Shown piece after piece: positions 45,871 through 59,439 of a stretch of DNA of 64,000 nt. The notes under the pieces were generated by a model. That model was not told where the DNA came from. It saw only the letters and a list, made by a program, of their open reading frames with translations, and ran no database searches. Source of the DNA: Raillietiella orientalis (Eukaryota); assembly GCA_036172245.1 (NCBI GenBank), contig JAYWIR010000039.1, positions 1,364,001 through 1,428,000 of the forward strand. Reading direction: 5' to 3'. A program made the translations under genes and the position numbers. Each line of letters starts with the position of its first letter. Within the stretch, counting starts at the first letter, position 1.

Positions 45871-48800
45871 TCGTCCATAAACAGTAATAAAGTGGTGCAG
45901 GCATTCGTCGTTGATGTTGCATCCATACATTTCACCTACCCATGTTATACACATTGTACACGTTCGTCATCTTTCTTGCCTGCTTGGGAGCTTCTTGTTT
46001 CGCTGGGTCAACATGTGCTCTGAAACCATTTTTTTCACCTCAGTAGGGGAAGAACGCAAGAAGAACGGGACCCCCCACAGTGCGCACTTTCCATCGAAAT
46101 GAGATCTGTTTTGGAATCCATTTTCTCCCTGCATGACCAGGAAGTCGACTTTCTGGCTTTGCAGCGGGCGTATTATCTTTGATCCCCGCGCCAACGCCTT
46201 TCCTACTTCGGCGCGGCCGAAAGCACGCCACGTCTTCGTCTTCCTGTCGGCGCTCCGAATGCCGCCATCGCAAGGGAGTCCTTCCGTCTGACGAGCACTC
46301 TCCCCCTCCCCTTCCTTCCCGTGGGGAGGAGAAGACTGAAACGAGGCTGTCCGAAAACCCCACTTTCCGAGGAGTCGCCAGCAGGTCGCGTCACCGCCGC
46401 CTTTTGGCGGTGGTGAGCTCCTCAGCGAACCTCACCCTTCAGAAAATGAGCGCCTCTGCATGACCCGGGGGAGGGGGAGGGAGCACGCCGTGTACTCGGC
46501 CTGCTTGGTAGCAAGCGTGCGTCGTGAACCCGAGTGGCAGTGTCGCCTACGCAGTGAGCTAGGGGTGCACTGGCCTTTCCACGTTTTTTTTCATCGGCAA
46601 ACGGTGACCCGCTCCGCCCCTTGCTTGACTCCCCTCTTTGATTCTTTTGAAAAGGCTTGAAATTAAAAAAAAATCAGCCGTTGGAGCTTCAACCCCGGAT
46701 GCATCTCCCCGTTGCAAGTTGTGGTCACAAGATGACAACCCCCTTCATCATTCTCACCCTTAGTGTTTCGCTCGTCCCAGAGATTTCCGTGACGTTGCTC
46801 CTCCGTCCTTTTTCTTTCACGATGTTGAACCAACCGGGAGCAGGTGGTCCTAAAGGATGGATTACGAGAATCGGCGAGTGGTTTCGGATCCTCTCTGCTA
46901 GAGTCAGCATCACGAGCCAGATTCCAATCTTCAGGCATTTGCAAAATGGCTGCCGGAGTCCCTTCGAAACTCCCACTGCGTTCGGAGATGGGATGAGTAC
47001 CTGCGAAAAACACTCCCTTTAGCTCTTCCCTCGAGTTCAGAAGCAACATTCCTTTCTCTGGACCACTGCCTGGAAAAGAGATGGGAAAATCAGATAGAAA
47101 CGGCAAAATGGAAGCTCATCTTGTTGGACTTTCTTTCCTTGTTCCGATTGTCTACTTTCGAAGCATCGCATTGCATATTCATCCAGCTCTTTGAGAACAC
47201 TCGTGATCGTATTAGCGAAGAAGCCCAGCAACGTAAGATGAAGAAGGAGAACCACCCTAGAAATGCCCATTCCCAGAGCATCAGAAGTTGATGAAAATTT
47301 TGAAACTCCCTTCGCCGTCCGATTGGGAGAACTAACTCCTCATTCGCATCTCACTGTTTGAGTAGGCGTCGTTGAGTTTCCATCACCAACAACAGAGTTG
47401 GTTCCTCGGTCGTCATTCGGCTGTCTTCCCCTTATCATCAGACTCTTTGCTGTGGCGTACCAGCGCGAAAGAGCGGACCACTACCAAACGCGGTAAAAAT
47501 GCAGTCGCTGAAACAGAAGCGCTCAGAAAGGCGGCCGTCTGATGGATAATTGGATGCTGACAGGGCGCCTCCGCCTAGGACCAACCGACCTGACGGCGAC
47601 TCCGCATCCGGAAGGGTGGCTCTAAGCTTCTCAGCTCTCCCCGGATCCGAGATCTACCTCAGGGGGTTCTGCGTCAGGTAGTAGAATGAAGGATGGAGAT
47701 CTGAAAGATTTCGTCCACTGGACGATCGAAGGAAAACGCGAGAACCCCAGCAGCGGCATTCGGATGATGAGGAGACAAGCTCCTGAAAGAATCGAGCCAA
47801 GGTTGAAAAGAAACAGCGAACGACTCGTCACTTTAGAAAAAGCGATTCATCTATTAACGACTGCATCTACTGATCCGTCGATTGTTTGGCAAGATGGCTC
47901 CTTCTATAGCCCTCCTTCCGACGTGTGAGCGTTGAGAGTCCCGTACTGTGTGTCTGGTGCCTTCGAAGTTCTACCGGCGCCCGGGAATATAAAAATTCCC
48001 TTGGGATTCAATGACATTCCAAACCTCCAGATTGGAATACCGTGAAACCGTCTGAAACACCTGAAACAGCTTCTGTCCTGAAACACGAAGCAGTCCTTGA
48101 AAAAGTGCCCGACCACCTGTCAAGCCACCTGCTCCTCTCTTTCCGGGAACGCGGAGGAACACCACGGCCGCAGAAGTCGAGCGTCCCAGAGTGATGGCGA
48201 AGATTAAGCAGACGCGGGGCAGAGTTTCCAGCTGGCAGCGCTTCTTCCTTAGACGGTCTTCATCCCGGTTCCACTAACTGAATACACGAAACACGCGCGC
48301 GCGACGGGATGCGTCCTCCAGGAAAACGGACGGTCCCGAAAGATATGCGTGTTTTTGGGGGGAGGGGGTTCCCTTCTAATTGACATGGGATCGCAATTGG
48401 AATGGAGCAGGAAAGCGGACGCACGAAATTTTGATTCTCCCAGGACTGTCTAAACACAACGCTGTTTTCTTTTTGTTTTGCTTTTTTTGCCTCACTTCTA
48501 AAATCGATTTTAGAAATATCGCGCGTTGATCTCGAGGTAACTTCGAAGATCGATCTCAGAGACGCGTCCGCGGTTCCTTCTTCCTGGTTCGGCAGAACCG
48601 TCCGTTTGTTTGATTCCTCGACGTTTTCTGTACCCTCATCATGTGAATGGAATGAGGACGTCGATGTGGACTGCCACATGCACTCGGGCAAACCAGAATT
48701 CCCTGCCGTGACGCAATGCAGCGTGTCGGAAGACCTGTCATCTCGAGATGTGGTCTCCACGAATTCTCTCTCTCTCTGTGCTCCCCTCCTTCTTCCTCCT

Positions 48801-49379
48801 CCCCCCCATCCTGCCCGTGATTCTCGCGAGAAAATTGTTCATTACATCCCACTAAATTTTGTCCTGGATTTACCAATTTCTTGCATGATTTCGGAGTCCT
48901 TCTGGGACTCAGGAAATCGCACGGTTCGAGTATTTAATCAGCGGGCGTGAGCAAAGTGGCTCCGGATGGAAGTTTTTACCGACGTGTCTCTGAGAGGAAG
49001 AAAACGGACGCGTGATGGATCGGGGACCATTTTTCTGGTCCTGATGATTCGAAAAAATTTAATTTGTTTTTTTTTCGTTTTTTTTTATCTCGGCCGATGG
49101 CTCCACGTGTGTTTCTTTTGCACTGACGACAGCCGCAGCAAATCGAATCGAAATCTAACTGATGTCGCTGCCTCTTCTCGGTTCGATCGGACAGTCGGAT
49201 GAGGACGGGAGGAATTCGCGCCGGGTTTCCGGGGCTTGGAGGACGCCCAAGCGAATTCGACGGAGGCGCCCTCCCCATACACATACGCACCCTCGAAGGA
49301 GCCCTGACACAGCTTACCCTCGCCCTGCCCCTTAGATTCCTTCCCGCTCCGCAAAAGCAGCTCCTCTCCCTCCTGGAGG

Positions 49380-49520
49380 GCATCTCGTGCCCGAGATGCG
49401 TCACTTCCTTGGAGAAAACGGTTCCCACCCCTTTCCTGGAGGCTTCTTTCTCCGCTCGGGGAAACTCGCCTCCCAACCTCCTAATGTAGATTGCACTCCA
49501 CTTTTGATACTCAGTTTCCT
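49380..49520 (-). pseudogene. Possible caspase p20 N-terminal remnant
   Basis: EYQKWSAIYIRRLGGEFPRAEKEASRKGVGTVFSKEVTHLGHE loosely matches Y..G.AhII..F...RxG..D..L..F..LG. No SHG or QACRG motif found. Confidence 0.2.
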
Positions 49521-51559
49521 CCGTGCATTGGCTCGTTTTCCCCACGGCTACGTTCAAACTTTCATCCTCTTCTTCGGAAGGCTCAGCATCTTGGGCGGCA
49601 AGCACTGCGGCCAGGTGCCTCTCCCCTCCAACGCCTCCCTACTTCCCTCCACGAGCAGCAGCGCGTTCCTCCGGAAACGCCACCACATCAAACAGTCCGC
49701 CGGAGAACGCACGTTGAGCGTCTCCGTACCCGCTGTTCCACCGAACAGCTCAGCCTTGACGGCGAATGGGAGCAAGAGGATGCTGGAGAGGATCGTAGAG
49801 GGGAGACCCGGATGGAGCAGGCGCGCGTTGGACGGCATCGCCTCTCGCAAACAAGCGGTCGCTGCGGCGCGCAAGCCGGGCCCCTTGTTTGCCATCTTCC
49901 TCTCGTTGTTTTGCATCCTCTATGGGCGTCCTCTTTCCGCTGTACGAACGCGTCCCCTGGACCACGGAGCGATTACCTCTCGCGCGGTGCAGTACCGAAT
50001 TCACCCAACAGCCAAAACTCCGCACAGACGCAAACAAGGATTTTCCCGCAAATCGAGAACCCCCTTGTAGCACTTTCCGTCGAAAACAAGCCAGAATCTA
50101 AGCGGCTTGGGTTTGGAGGAATGGATGCTGGAAATTTCTCCCGAAGAAATGAGATTTGCTCTTCTAATCCTCCCCATGAAATGTGTTGCTTTCACGATAC
50201 ATTCCCATTTATTCGAATCCTTCTTCCTCCCTCTTCCCCTCCCCCCTTTCCTCTTCCCCCTCTCCCCTCCACACCATTTTTTTCTAGCAAGGAAGCATCG
50301 TTTAGCGAAGATTCGGTTGCTCTGCTTTCGAGTAAAGAGCGCCGTTGTTTATCCTATGCTACGCAGCTGTCGGGACCATGAACATGGACCTCGCATAGAG
50401 ATGCGAGGATATGCGTTATCCCTCACCTTCCACGACCGTGGCTTCCTTTTGGAAACACTGTCAACAACGAAGTCACCCCTTAAGTTTGTTCTTCACGCGT
50501 TGGCAAACACCCCAATAAGAGCATGGGAATCATCGCCCATTTTTCACGCTGCATGGTAGAGGCCCGAAAAGACGAGAGGCTTTTTGATTGCCTCCGGGAA
50601 AGAAGACGCACAGGGATAATGCTTGCAAAACCTGAGCATCTACCGAATGATCAAGTTGCCGGACCGTTAGCTGGGATGGGACAAAGAACCATTCCCTTGA
50701 ACACTTCTCGAGCTTTCATGAACTTCTGGAACTGACTGGACTCTTGTTGATTCACACTCATCTTCCATCGTCAGAGGAGCGAGGGCACCTCCACGCTCTG
50801 CGAGCACGGTAAGTGATCATTCGCTCGAGGGCTAGGAAGGACACACGCACTGTATAAATCGCAAGGCACGGAGCAGCCGATGACGTCGCAAAATTCGTAG
50901 AAACGCGTTTCCAGTTACCTGCTAAGAGAGGAGCTTTGGTCTCGGCACTGAATTGGCAGCTACGGAGGCGAACCCGTCTGATGCAGAGCCCTCACTTCGG
51001 CTTTACAAGAAACATTTCAGATCGTGAACGAGCTGCCTCGGACTAGCCACCTTGGGGGGAGGGGGGGAGCAAGATGATGGTGCCGTCTGACCTACAACAC
51101 GTCCAGGAAGTCTTCTGAATGCACCCGACTAGAACACCCTCCGAATGACCGAGCGCAAACCTACGTGATCGAGCGAATACAAGAACACCGCAACGCCAAG
51201 GCTCGAGCCAGTAGGCTCGGAGCAGCGGAAGGGCTCGAATCCCTGCTGCGGCCACTCCTGGCACTTCTCTCGCCTCAGCTAGGAACATCCTAGTCCGTCG
51301 TGGACCATCCCTTAGCCGATGATGACGAGGCTGGTAAGGTCGAGGAACCAGTGGAAGCTGTGGAAAGTTCATCCCGAGCTTCTCTTTATAAGACCTCGAA
51401 TGCGTCAATCAAGACCGGTAGATCAGTTGGAACCTCCTCTCCCCAGCGGGATCAACGAAGTGTCGGTCAATCGGTCCCGTCAGCGTGTTGCTTAGAGAGG
51501 ACAGCCCCAGTGGCTCGGCAGCCAAACGACATCGCTTCGAGCAGAACCAATCCTAACCA

Positions 51560-52050
51560 AACCATCTCGGTGCATTCCGTTCAGTCTCCAAATCTTTTAG
51601 GCAAGGAAAAGCTGCTGCTAAGGAACCAATCCTCCTCCTTGGTCCTCATAAGAACAAGTACTTTTGGTGAAACAAACAACTACTTTTGGAATGGTTTTTC
51701 TCTTTCATCATCACAAGCAAAATATCAAAGTGTCCAGAGAAAAAGTGTTGTGATTGATGGAAATCGTAAGGATGCAAGGAAAACCATCTGCAAGTAACAG
51801 GAAGGTGGAAGAAGCCTCCATTTGAAACAGAAGCTGAGCACCTTCTACTGAAAGCACTTCAAGGCAACCACCGAACTGCGGCCAAGTGAAACTGCCGATG
51901 TTTCTGTTGCGGACGGCCCTTTTTTGGCTTCCGGCTATCCGAATAATAGGACCAGGAGAGCGTAAGACGGACCGACCAGGTGGGAAAACTTGCGGTCTGG
52001 GGATTTCAGAGAGTCCAAGCCACTTCCGTCCATCCAGAGGGACCGCCCTC
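51560..52050 (+). pseudogene. Possible NACHT Walker A region remnant
   Basis: LLGKEKLLL...LVLI...F...KSVVIDGNRKDARKTICK* resembles hhIxGxPGxGKTThCK. Confidence 0.3.
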
Positions 52051-52603
52051 ACAGCAAAAGAGATGAAAAATGATTCTGACCCTGAATCAGGGAGAGTTCA
52101 AGCACGAAACTGCTATCCTGGAAACAGAACGGTATCCTGAGCATTTCCTAGGAACAACCATCGTCCTTCCAGCAGGTTTGGTTAAGAGTAATCCATATAT
52201 GCTTCCCATTTGACCACAACAGATCAGAAAGGATCTGCCTCAGAACCAGTTCCGATTTATTGCCTAGAGAATGCTGAGCTACAAAAGTTGTTTCTTCCTC
52301 AGCCAGGAAGCAAAAGAACGATGAGCTCAGAAAAGGTCGAATTCTGAAGCCGGAGGCCGCAACTTCTCTGCAGCCGCGAGGATTCGCTCAAGAACTCGAT
52401 CGAACCCCTTTGGAGCGGCGGACTTTGTGCGTGAACCGATCATTCCATTATTCTGTAATCTTGAAGCCATCTTCGGCCATGTTAGGAACAGGGTTCACAT
52501 TCCACCTTGATGATAGAGGTTTGTTTCTCAGGACAATGTGCGGAAATTCTGGATTTGGTCTACTTCATCGACTTGGGTCGCATTCGAACTTCTTCCGAAC
52601 GCG

Positions 52604-52709
52604 TTCACCAAGGGAGCAGCACCTTTCTTATGCCTGCTGGCAAATGGAGTCCTCCTTCGAGTGCAGCAAGGAAACCACCTTTGCTTCTGTCCGCCAAGCA
52701 GCCAGGTGC
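52604..52709 (+). repeat. 106-bp exact direct repeat, copy 1 (copy 2 at 55098-55203)
   Basis: TTCACCAAGGGAGCAGCACC...CCAAGCAGCCAGGTGC appears identical by eye. The same peptides recur in the ORF track (FTKGAAPFLCLLANGVLLRVQQGNHLCFCPPSSQV). Confidence 0.95.
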
Positions 52710-55097
52710 ATTCCTCTTCATTCTCATCTCAGCCTCAAGAGCTCAGGAAGTGCTTTCTGATTCCCATTTCTCCCATCTTCTAGGTCGAATAGCAGCCATA
52801 AAAGCGCAGGAACGGAGAACTTGAAGGACGAAGCCTCCGGCGGTGCCTCCACCTCCGGCTGCTCTTCGCCACCGCATCCTTCGAGATTTGGGATGAGTTC
52901 TCGCGGCTCCGAACTTTCACTTTTCGTTTCGATCCTTGGCCATTTAGAGAAGAGGCAGGATCTGGGCAGCCTCGTTACAAATCCGGGAGTCGATTCCTCC
53001 CTGAGAAGAGCCGCGATTCCTAGCGGGATTGCCTTGGCTTGGAAGGCGTGGCCAGGAAGCGCCGCACGGTGGAGAAAACCCGACCTCGGAGAGATGGGCA
53101 GGACCGTCCGCAAAGATGATGGTGGCCCGTCTGAGTTCGGCGGGATATCAGAGACGAAAAGATGCCCAACCGGACGCTTTGTTGTCTCTTCAGCGAGACT
53201 TCCAGAAGCAGCCATGAGCTTCCTGCACCATTCTGGGAATGGACAATCGTGATGGCGAGATACGCACTCAAGAACCGCGCAGTGAAACCAAGAAGGGAAT
53301 GGCTCCGTTCTTTGCTTCCAGTCAGAAGACCAGGACTCCACCAAGTTTAGAGTAAGGAGCAATGCCGTAGAAAGGGTCCTCGAGCTTCAGAGATGCAAAA
53401 GGCCAACAAGAGTAGGCAGAGAGTCGTCTCGCAAGGATATTGCTCCTCTGGAGGGCCACTGCAACTTTCTGCTGTATTCTCATCCGTGCTCCGAGATCAA
53501 CGATCTCTGTTCCGCTTCCTGTTCTGCTTTGCAAGTGGAACCTCCCCGAGAAAAGACAGGAAAGCAGATGAATTTTCTGACTCTCGTCCCTTCTCACCGC
53601 TTACCCACTCACAGCTGTGGACCGCAACTGCACTGCTCCAGCCCTGAAGCACGGTTCCCAGACGTGCTCTCTACGAAGTCCCAAGGCATGTGGGAGAACC
53701 CAGTAAGCAGCGGTGAGTGTGAGAAGCAGCCAAGATCTCCCCAGACAGAGTTGTCCAGCAGCCCCGGCATCTTCTCGATCCAAGCAACGTCCTTCTTCTT
53801 CACAACCCCCCTTTGCCAGCGCTCAATCCTCCCGAAGGGTCTGCCGAAACCTTCGCCTCTCATGACAAAGGCCCTGTCATCAGAATCCGGCAGCCTCTCT
53901 AAGGGATCCCTGAGGGAAAGCGCTCTCTGGAGCACCAGGCGAATCTCGTCAGGCAGCGCCGGCCAACTCTTGGCCTCCTTCCCCCTGCTCTCCCTTCTCA
54001 CGGAGGTCCACGCGCACCCAGAGAGGACCAAGGCAACAAAGAGGAAGAGAAACCCGCAGCATCGGTTCCAAGATTTGTCTCTCCACAGTGACTTGCAGAG
54101 GTGCCGACCCCAGCTCGGTCTAGGACAAGCTGGACCAAGCAAGCGCTCCTCCCATCCCCTGCTCTGTCGACGTCCGCCCTGACTCCGAACGACACCTACG
54201 TAGTCCCTGCTGGTCCAGTTGATGGAGTACGGGCAGGGGTGTCCAAGCCCTACCGGACTGCAAGCTCACCTCCAAGAATCTTGACCTTGGATTGAAGGGT
54301 AGCATCAGTCATCACGCCGATGATGCTGACGTCCTGCTCATCCTTGAGGTTTTCCTTCATTTAGGCCTCGGAGTTTCGAAGGTCAGTCTGCAGAGACCTG
54401 CCTTAGACTCCAGATGGCTTCCTTCTGTGTCTCTCCATCGCTCGCATTGCCACTGTGATGGGACCCTGGCGTGGGGGCGCGTCAAAGACGGGAGCGCCGC
54501 GCTGTATGCAGATCCGAGGACATCCCTCAGAGCTACAATGCGCCCCCCCCCCGCGCTTGCCAGCGCTTCTGGACCGCGAGGCCACCTCTCGTCGTTGAAG
54601 ATACTGCCAACTTCTTTTCCTTACTCTCTCTCTTATTTCCCTTCCCCCCTCCCTGCAGCTGGACCGGAGGGGGCAGTCCCGAGAAATCGAGCCGGAGGCT
54701 ACTTAAAGGGAAACTTCATCCCCGTTTCTTCCCACCCCAGGCTCTGGAAAGCACCTAAGACCAGAGCAAGCATGCCCTGACATCCTCCACCTCAGAGCAG
54801 AGGACGAAACGCGAGTTCAGAGGAGCCGCCGCGGCCTGACCTTTCGCGGCATCTCCCACGCTCGCTTGCTTGCGGCAGCGTTTTTCGGGGTAAGAGCGCC
54901 CCACCCGCGTGCCCAGGAGTCTTCCTATCAGGAGGATGGGACGTCGTCTAGCTAAAGAGAAGTGGGGGTGCTGGCGTTCGTTCTTACCCATCCCCCTTTG
55001 CCACCCAGAAAAGTCTCGAAGCTTCAAGGTTTCTGGATTTTTGGAAGCGAGTCTCCCGGAAAGTGGGAGATGGGAAGCGGGGGCAACTTCCAGATGC

Positions 55098-55203
55098 TTC
55101 ACCAAGGGAGCAGCACCTTTCTTATGCCTGCTGGCAAATGGAGTCCTCCTTCGAGTGCAGCAAGGAAACCACCTTTGCTTCTGTCCGCCAAGCAGCCAGG
55201 TGC
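55098..55203 (+). repeat. 106-bp exact direct repeat, copy 2
   Basis: Identical to 52604-52709; flanks are divergent. Confidence 0.95.
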
Positions 55204-57074
55204 TTCGGGAGCGGGAGGAGGTACGCACTTTTGTTGGGGGGCACCGCCCCGCAGCCGACAGACAGGCCCAGGCGCCCGGGGTCGCTGCTGGGAGCGCGCG
55301 GCGCGGCACGGAGAGTAAGAGGTTCCGGGGACGGCCGTGAGGAGCCGCTGCCATCGCCTCTGCCCACTGGCAGCCGGGTCCCGAACTCCGAGCAGCGCGC
55401 AGGCGCGAGGCGCGGTCCCTGCCCGCCTGTGCCGTCAGGCTCTTCCTCTGCGGGCTGACGCTTGTGCCCACGAGGACGGCGAGAGAATATCTCTGCGGCT
55501 GCTGCTTCTGGGCTGCTGCTACTGACCGCCTCAGGGAGAAGGGGGGAACCCTGCCTCAGTCGTCCCTGTCCCGACCGCTCTTTCTCGCCGGCAGCCTCTG
55601 GATGGGCTGCGTAGGTCTCGAGGAACTCTCTCCCAATGTTCCTGAAAAGCGGGTCCTGGGTCGAAGAAGCGAACCCCCTGAGCTTCTGGCGCGTCCTCCG
55701 TGAGTAAAGGGGGGGATTCATTTCTCTCTATCCTGGAGCCACGGAAGGCCCACACTGCACACTGGATCCCGGAGGAAGGCGCAGAACGCCTTCCCCCGGC
55801 GCCATCGCATCAGCCGCTCTCGTTGCAGCGACAGTGGCCAGTGGCACCCCACCGTCGGCAGGCTTCTCCAGGAAGACCCCTCCGGGAGAAGTCTCCGGCG
55901 GCACTCGCTCTCGGAGAACCAGCGGGAGAGTACCCTCCTGGGAGCCGCAGAAGGCACTGAGGATGATGATGAAGGCGATGGCAATGCCTCATCGGGTGGG
56001 GAAGAGGATGCCTCTCTGGGTAGGGATCAAGACGGACCTCGTCGGAGGTGCGAGTGGGCGGTCAGTCGCTCGGCGGTGCAGCGGACCCATCCGGCTTCCC
56101 CTTGGGAACAAAACGTGAAAGAGGGAAGACAGGAGGAGCTGCTGCGATGAGGCGGCGGGACCGCGGCCGAACTAGGCCGCGACGCGACAGCCCTGTGCTC
56201 TGGAGACCAGTGATCCGTCGTTTCCTGCTCGAAAGGCTCGTCACGTCCCAGAGCTCCCGGAATCCGCTTCTGGTTTCCTCTGCAAGGAAATAAGGGGGAG
56301 GGAGGAAGGCAGAACTGGCGCAAGCGAAGGTCAAACGAGACGATTCGGTAATTCGGGGTAACCAAGGGAGATGCCATGAGTCGCCGAAAGGATGAAACTC
56401 GCCGCTTCCGGATTCTTTGCATGCCGAGACGGGAGATCAAGTTTCCGCGAAGACCCGGTCGTCCGTCACGACGCGCACAGCCCAGACGGTCTAAGGAGAG
56501 ACTCGAGCAGAAGAGCATCCAGGAAGAAAGAGGTCCGATCTTGCCAAACATCACCCCTGCTTCTGTGCGGCAGCGTCTCCACGGAGACTAAACAGTGCGG
56601 CCCAGTCAGCAGTAGCTGCCATGATCTTTTCCTAATCCCGATCTTCGAAGAGCTTCTCGTGTCTTCCACCGACCCACACTAGGTAATTCCTTTCCGGCAC
56701 GCGAATAGACAGATTAGACGGGCTCCTGGGGCAGCTGAAGGAGCACCCCTGAGTCATCAGGGTTCGCAGTCTCCTCCATTTCCCGCTGCTTGGGAAACAT
56801 GAGAAAAGAGTCTGCAGAGATTCGGCAGCAGCTCCTCCCGGCCCTTTTTCCGCTCCCGCCAGCGAGCTGCTTCGGCCACGCGGGCTCTCCCTGGTTTCCC
56901 TGCGTTAGCTGCCCCCGGCGCGCGCCCGCTGGAAGGTGAACAGCCAGTCAGCGTGGGTTGCTCTTCGTCCGAGATGAACGCAATGCAAGACTTTCGGCCG
57001 AGTATTTGTCTGCCTCGCATCGGTAGCTGCGTCCAAACCGCACCATCAGCCCTCCGTGTCCGACACGGCTCCGC

Positions 57075-57210
57075 ACCCATCTCCCATCTTTCACCTCCTC
57101 CTCATCTCTCTTCCTCCACCCGTCCTCTTTCCTTCGTTCTCCTCTTCCTTTTCCTTCCTCCTCAACCTTCTTTCTTTCTTCCTTCCTCCTCATCCTCATC
57201 TTCTCTGTGC
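57075..57210 (+). repeat. Polypyrimidine (CT-rich) low-complexity tract
   Basis: CCTCCTCCTCATCTCTCTTCCTCC...CTTTCTTTCTTCCTTCCTCCTCATCCTC seen directly. Confidence 0.85.
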
Positions 57211-58559
57211 TCCTGTCCGCGCTGTCTACTCAGCACGCTGGCATTAAGGACCACAAAGAAGCTCTCGACCAATCATTTACGAGTGATAGAATATCCCCTT
57301 CCTTGCTTTTGCTGTCGTAGAGATCAGTACTTGGATCGTGAGATTCCAGTAGGTCTCTCGGATCACACTCCCTTTACCGGTTAGCCCTCCTCTCTTTCCT
57401 TCCACCTCGACGAGAGCCGGACAACCCGAGGTGGTGGCGATGGCAACGACGGATGATGACGACGATCGATGATGGAGGCGCCAGTGGTCCTTGAGAATGC
57501 CAATGGTGGCCGCTTGCGATGACAATTGACGAAGAGAGGAGGAGGAGGAGAGGTCGGTTCATCCCGGTCGATTCGATGATTCTCCCTTGCAAGATCCCCA
57601 ACGTGCTCTTCTAGAGGAAGACGGTGGGGCTGAAGACGCCCTTCTCCTTCGAACGAGCAAAGCCAGTTTGCCCTCCGGGCACCTGGTCGGAGGAATCCCG
57701 TCGCCAGCCGCTGGTACCTTTGCCGAAGGCGACGCTGCCTGTCGCACCCGCGAGACAGAAGGCAATTCCTACTAATGGAAGCAATCTTGAGACCAAAAAC
57801 AGGAAGTTGCCTTTGGTTTCTGTCGCTTCTTTTGGAGTCTCTGCCGCCTTCCCACAATGTGCCGGCGACCGCAGTCGCTGACTCCAGGTGCGAGGGCTCG
57901 ACCCTCGCTCTGGGGAACCCAACCAAGCTCCAGGTGGAGTTTTTCGCCATTTTCAGGAGTCGGCCGGTTGGTAGCCACGATTGGGATGCGGGTCTTCCCT
58001 GATCTGCATGCTCTTGGACGAGGATAGTCCACGCCTGGCCGTGCTAGAGCTCTTCAGTTTCTGGGTACTCTTCTTTCTGGCAACCTCACAGATGCAAATG
58101 CAAACGCAGGAATTAAGGCACCTCAGACAGTTCATTTACTTCTTTCAGTGCGGATCCTCTAAGGAAACCAGGAACAGGAATGCTGAACAGCAACTACCCC
58201 CACAGTTGGATCTTCTCCGTTCGGCGAACATGAACTGCAGCTAAGTTTGGGCGTCAGGCGGGTCTCAAGGTCTGTGTTGTTGTTCTGGTGGTTCGACTAC
58301 TTAGGTCAGCTGTAGTTCGTCTGAAGGGTGTCCGGGTCGACTGCTGATGCGAGTGTTGGATGATCAATTATCTTTCTGAGGTGCAGCCGCATGCGGTTCG
58401 CAAACCTCCAGTCCTCGAAGAAAATCGTCATTCTCGGGGACCCCTGGTTTCATTGGACCTAAGGCGGTCTTGCGAACCGGATCTTGGGTTCCTCCTAATT
58501 CCCAAACTTCCCTTCCTTTCTTCTGCACGCCTTCCTGAAGGGCTGCTGGAACGTTTTCG

Positions 58560-58780
58560 AACGGGCAGCAGCATGCATCGAGTAAGACAAAGGCTTCCCT
58601 TCCTTTTGAGACGAGATGAGATACAAGCGCGTCCTTCTCTTGCTGCCTGGGACCCTCGCGTCGTTCTCAAGACGCCTTTTCGAAGCGATCGATAGAATCT
58701 CTCTTCCTGATGTAGAGTTGAAGATGCTGCGCTCCGTGGCTCTCAGGCACGCGGAATTGTTTCGTCCATTTCGGACGCCA
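58560..58780 (-). pseudogene. CARD domain remnant
   Basis: QHLQLYIRKRDSIDRFEKAS*ERREGPRQQEKDALVSHLVSKGREAFVLLDAC matches the CARD pattern hLxYLxxxxhhxxxExxxI...RxxxxxxLhxxLxxKGxxAF. One in-frame stop. Confidence 0.5.
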
Positions 58781-59439
58781 CCGGGCGTAAAGTCGGTCTC
58801 CCATCGGTTTTCTTACTCGGCATGCCGCGTGAACAAAATTGCAGTCCACAAAGGGCGTAAGTGGACGTCCCCTCCGGTAAGAGGGTGACTTAGGGCTCGA
58901 TGCAATCCGCTGCAGGACGCGGCCTTTCTCTGAATGCGAAGTAGAGAACCCGGTCCCTTCTTGTTCATATTCGCCAGTAGATGTTTCTTCCCATATCCCT
59001 AAGAGATGGTTTCCAAGCCTCCGAACGCTGTTGAAGACGGAAAGCAAAGGGAAACCCCGCCGCCGCCGCTGCCATCTCGCTCGGGAGTCTTTCGTGACCG
59101 ATCTGGCAGCCTGGTTCCGGGCTCAAAGAATGCAGCGTTCGTCCACCCGTCGTCTCTGTCTTCTTCCTCCCTCGAGGGAGCAGCGGCGCCTCTCCTTCCG
59201 GCTACTCGGGAGGGAAGCTGAGCTGTCCTTCCGAAGCTCCGGCTAGAGAAGTCGCTCGGGAACCACCCTGGTTTCTCCCGCCTCCTCGTTCTTTCTGGGT
59301 GCCTCAACAGGATTGAGGTCAAGCCGAGGAAGAAAGGCGGTTCCTTCAGAACTCCCAAAGCGTTTTCCTGAACTCCTTGAAGCTTCGCTTGCCACGATGC
59401 GAATGGAGCTCGTGACAGACGGCAATATGGGCCGGACTC

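Noticed and set aside
46700..47620. Additional NACHT remnant on the minus strand (WLVLGGGA, LLLV, LTLLGF)
   Set aside because: The motifs are too degenerate and spread over several frames.
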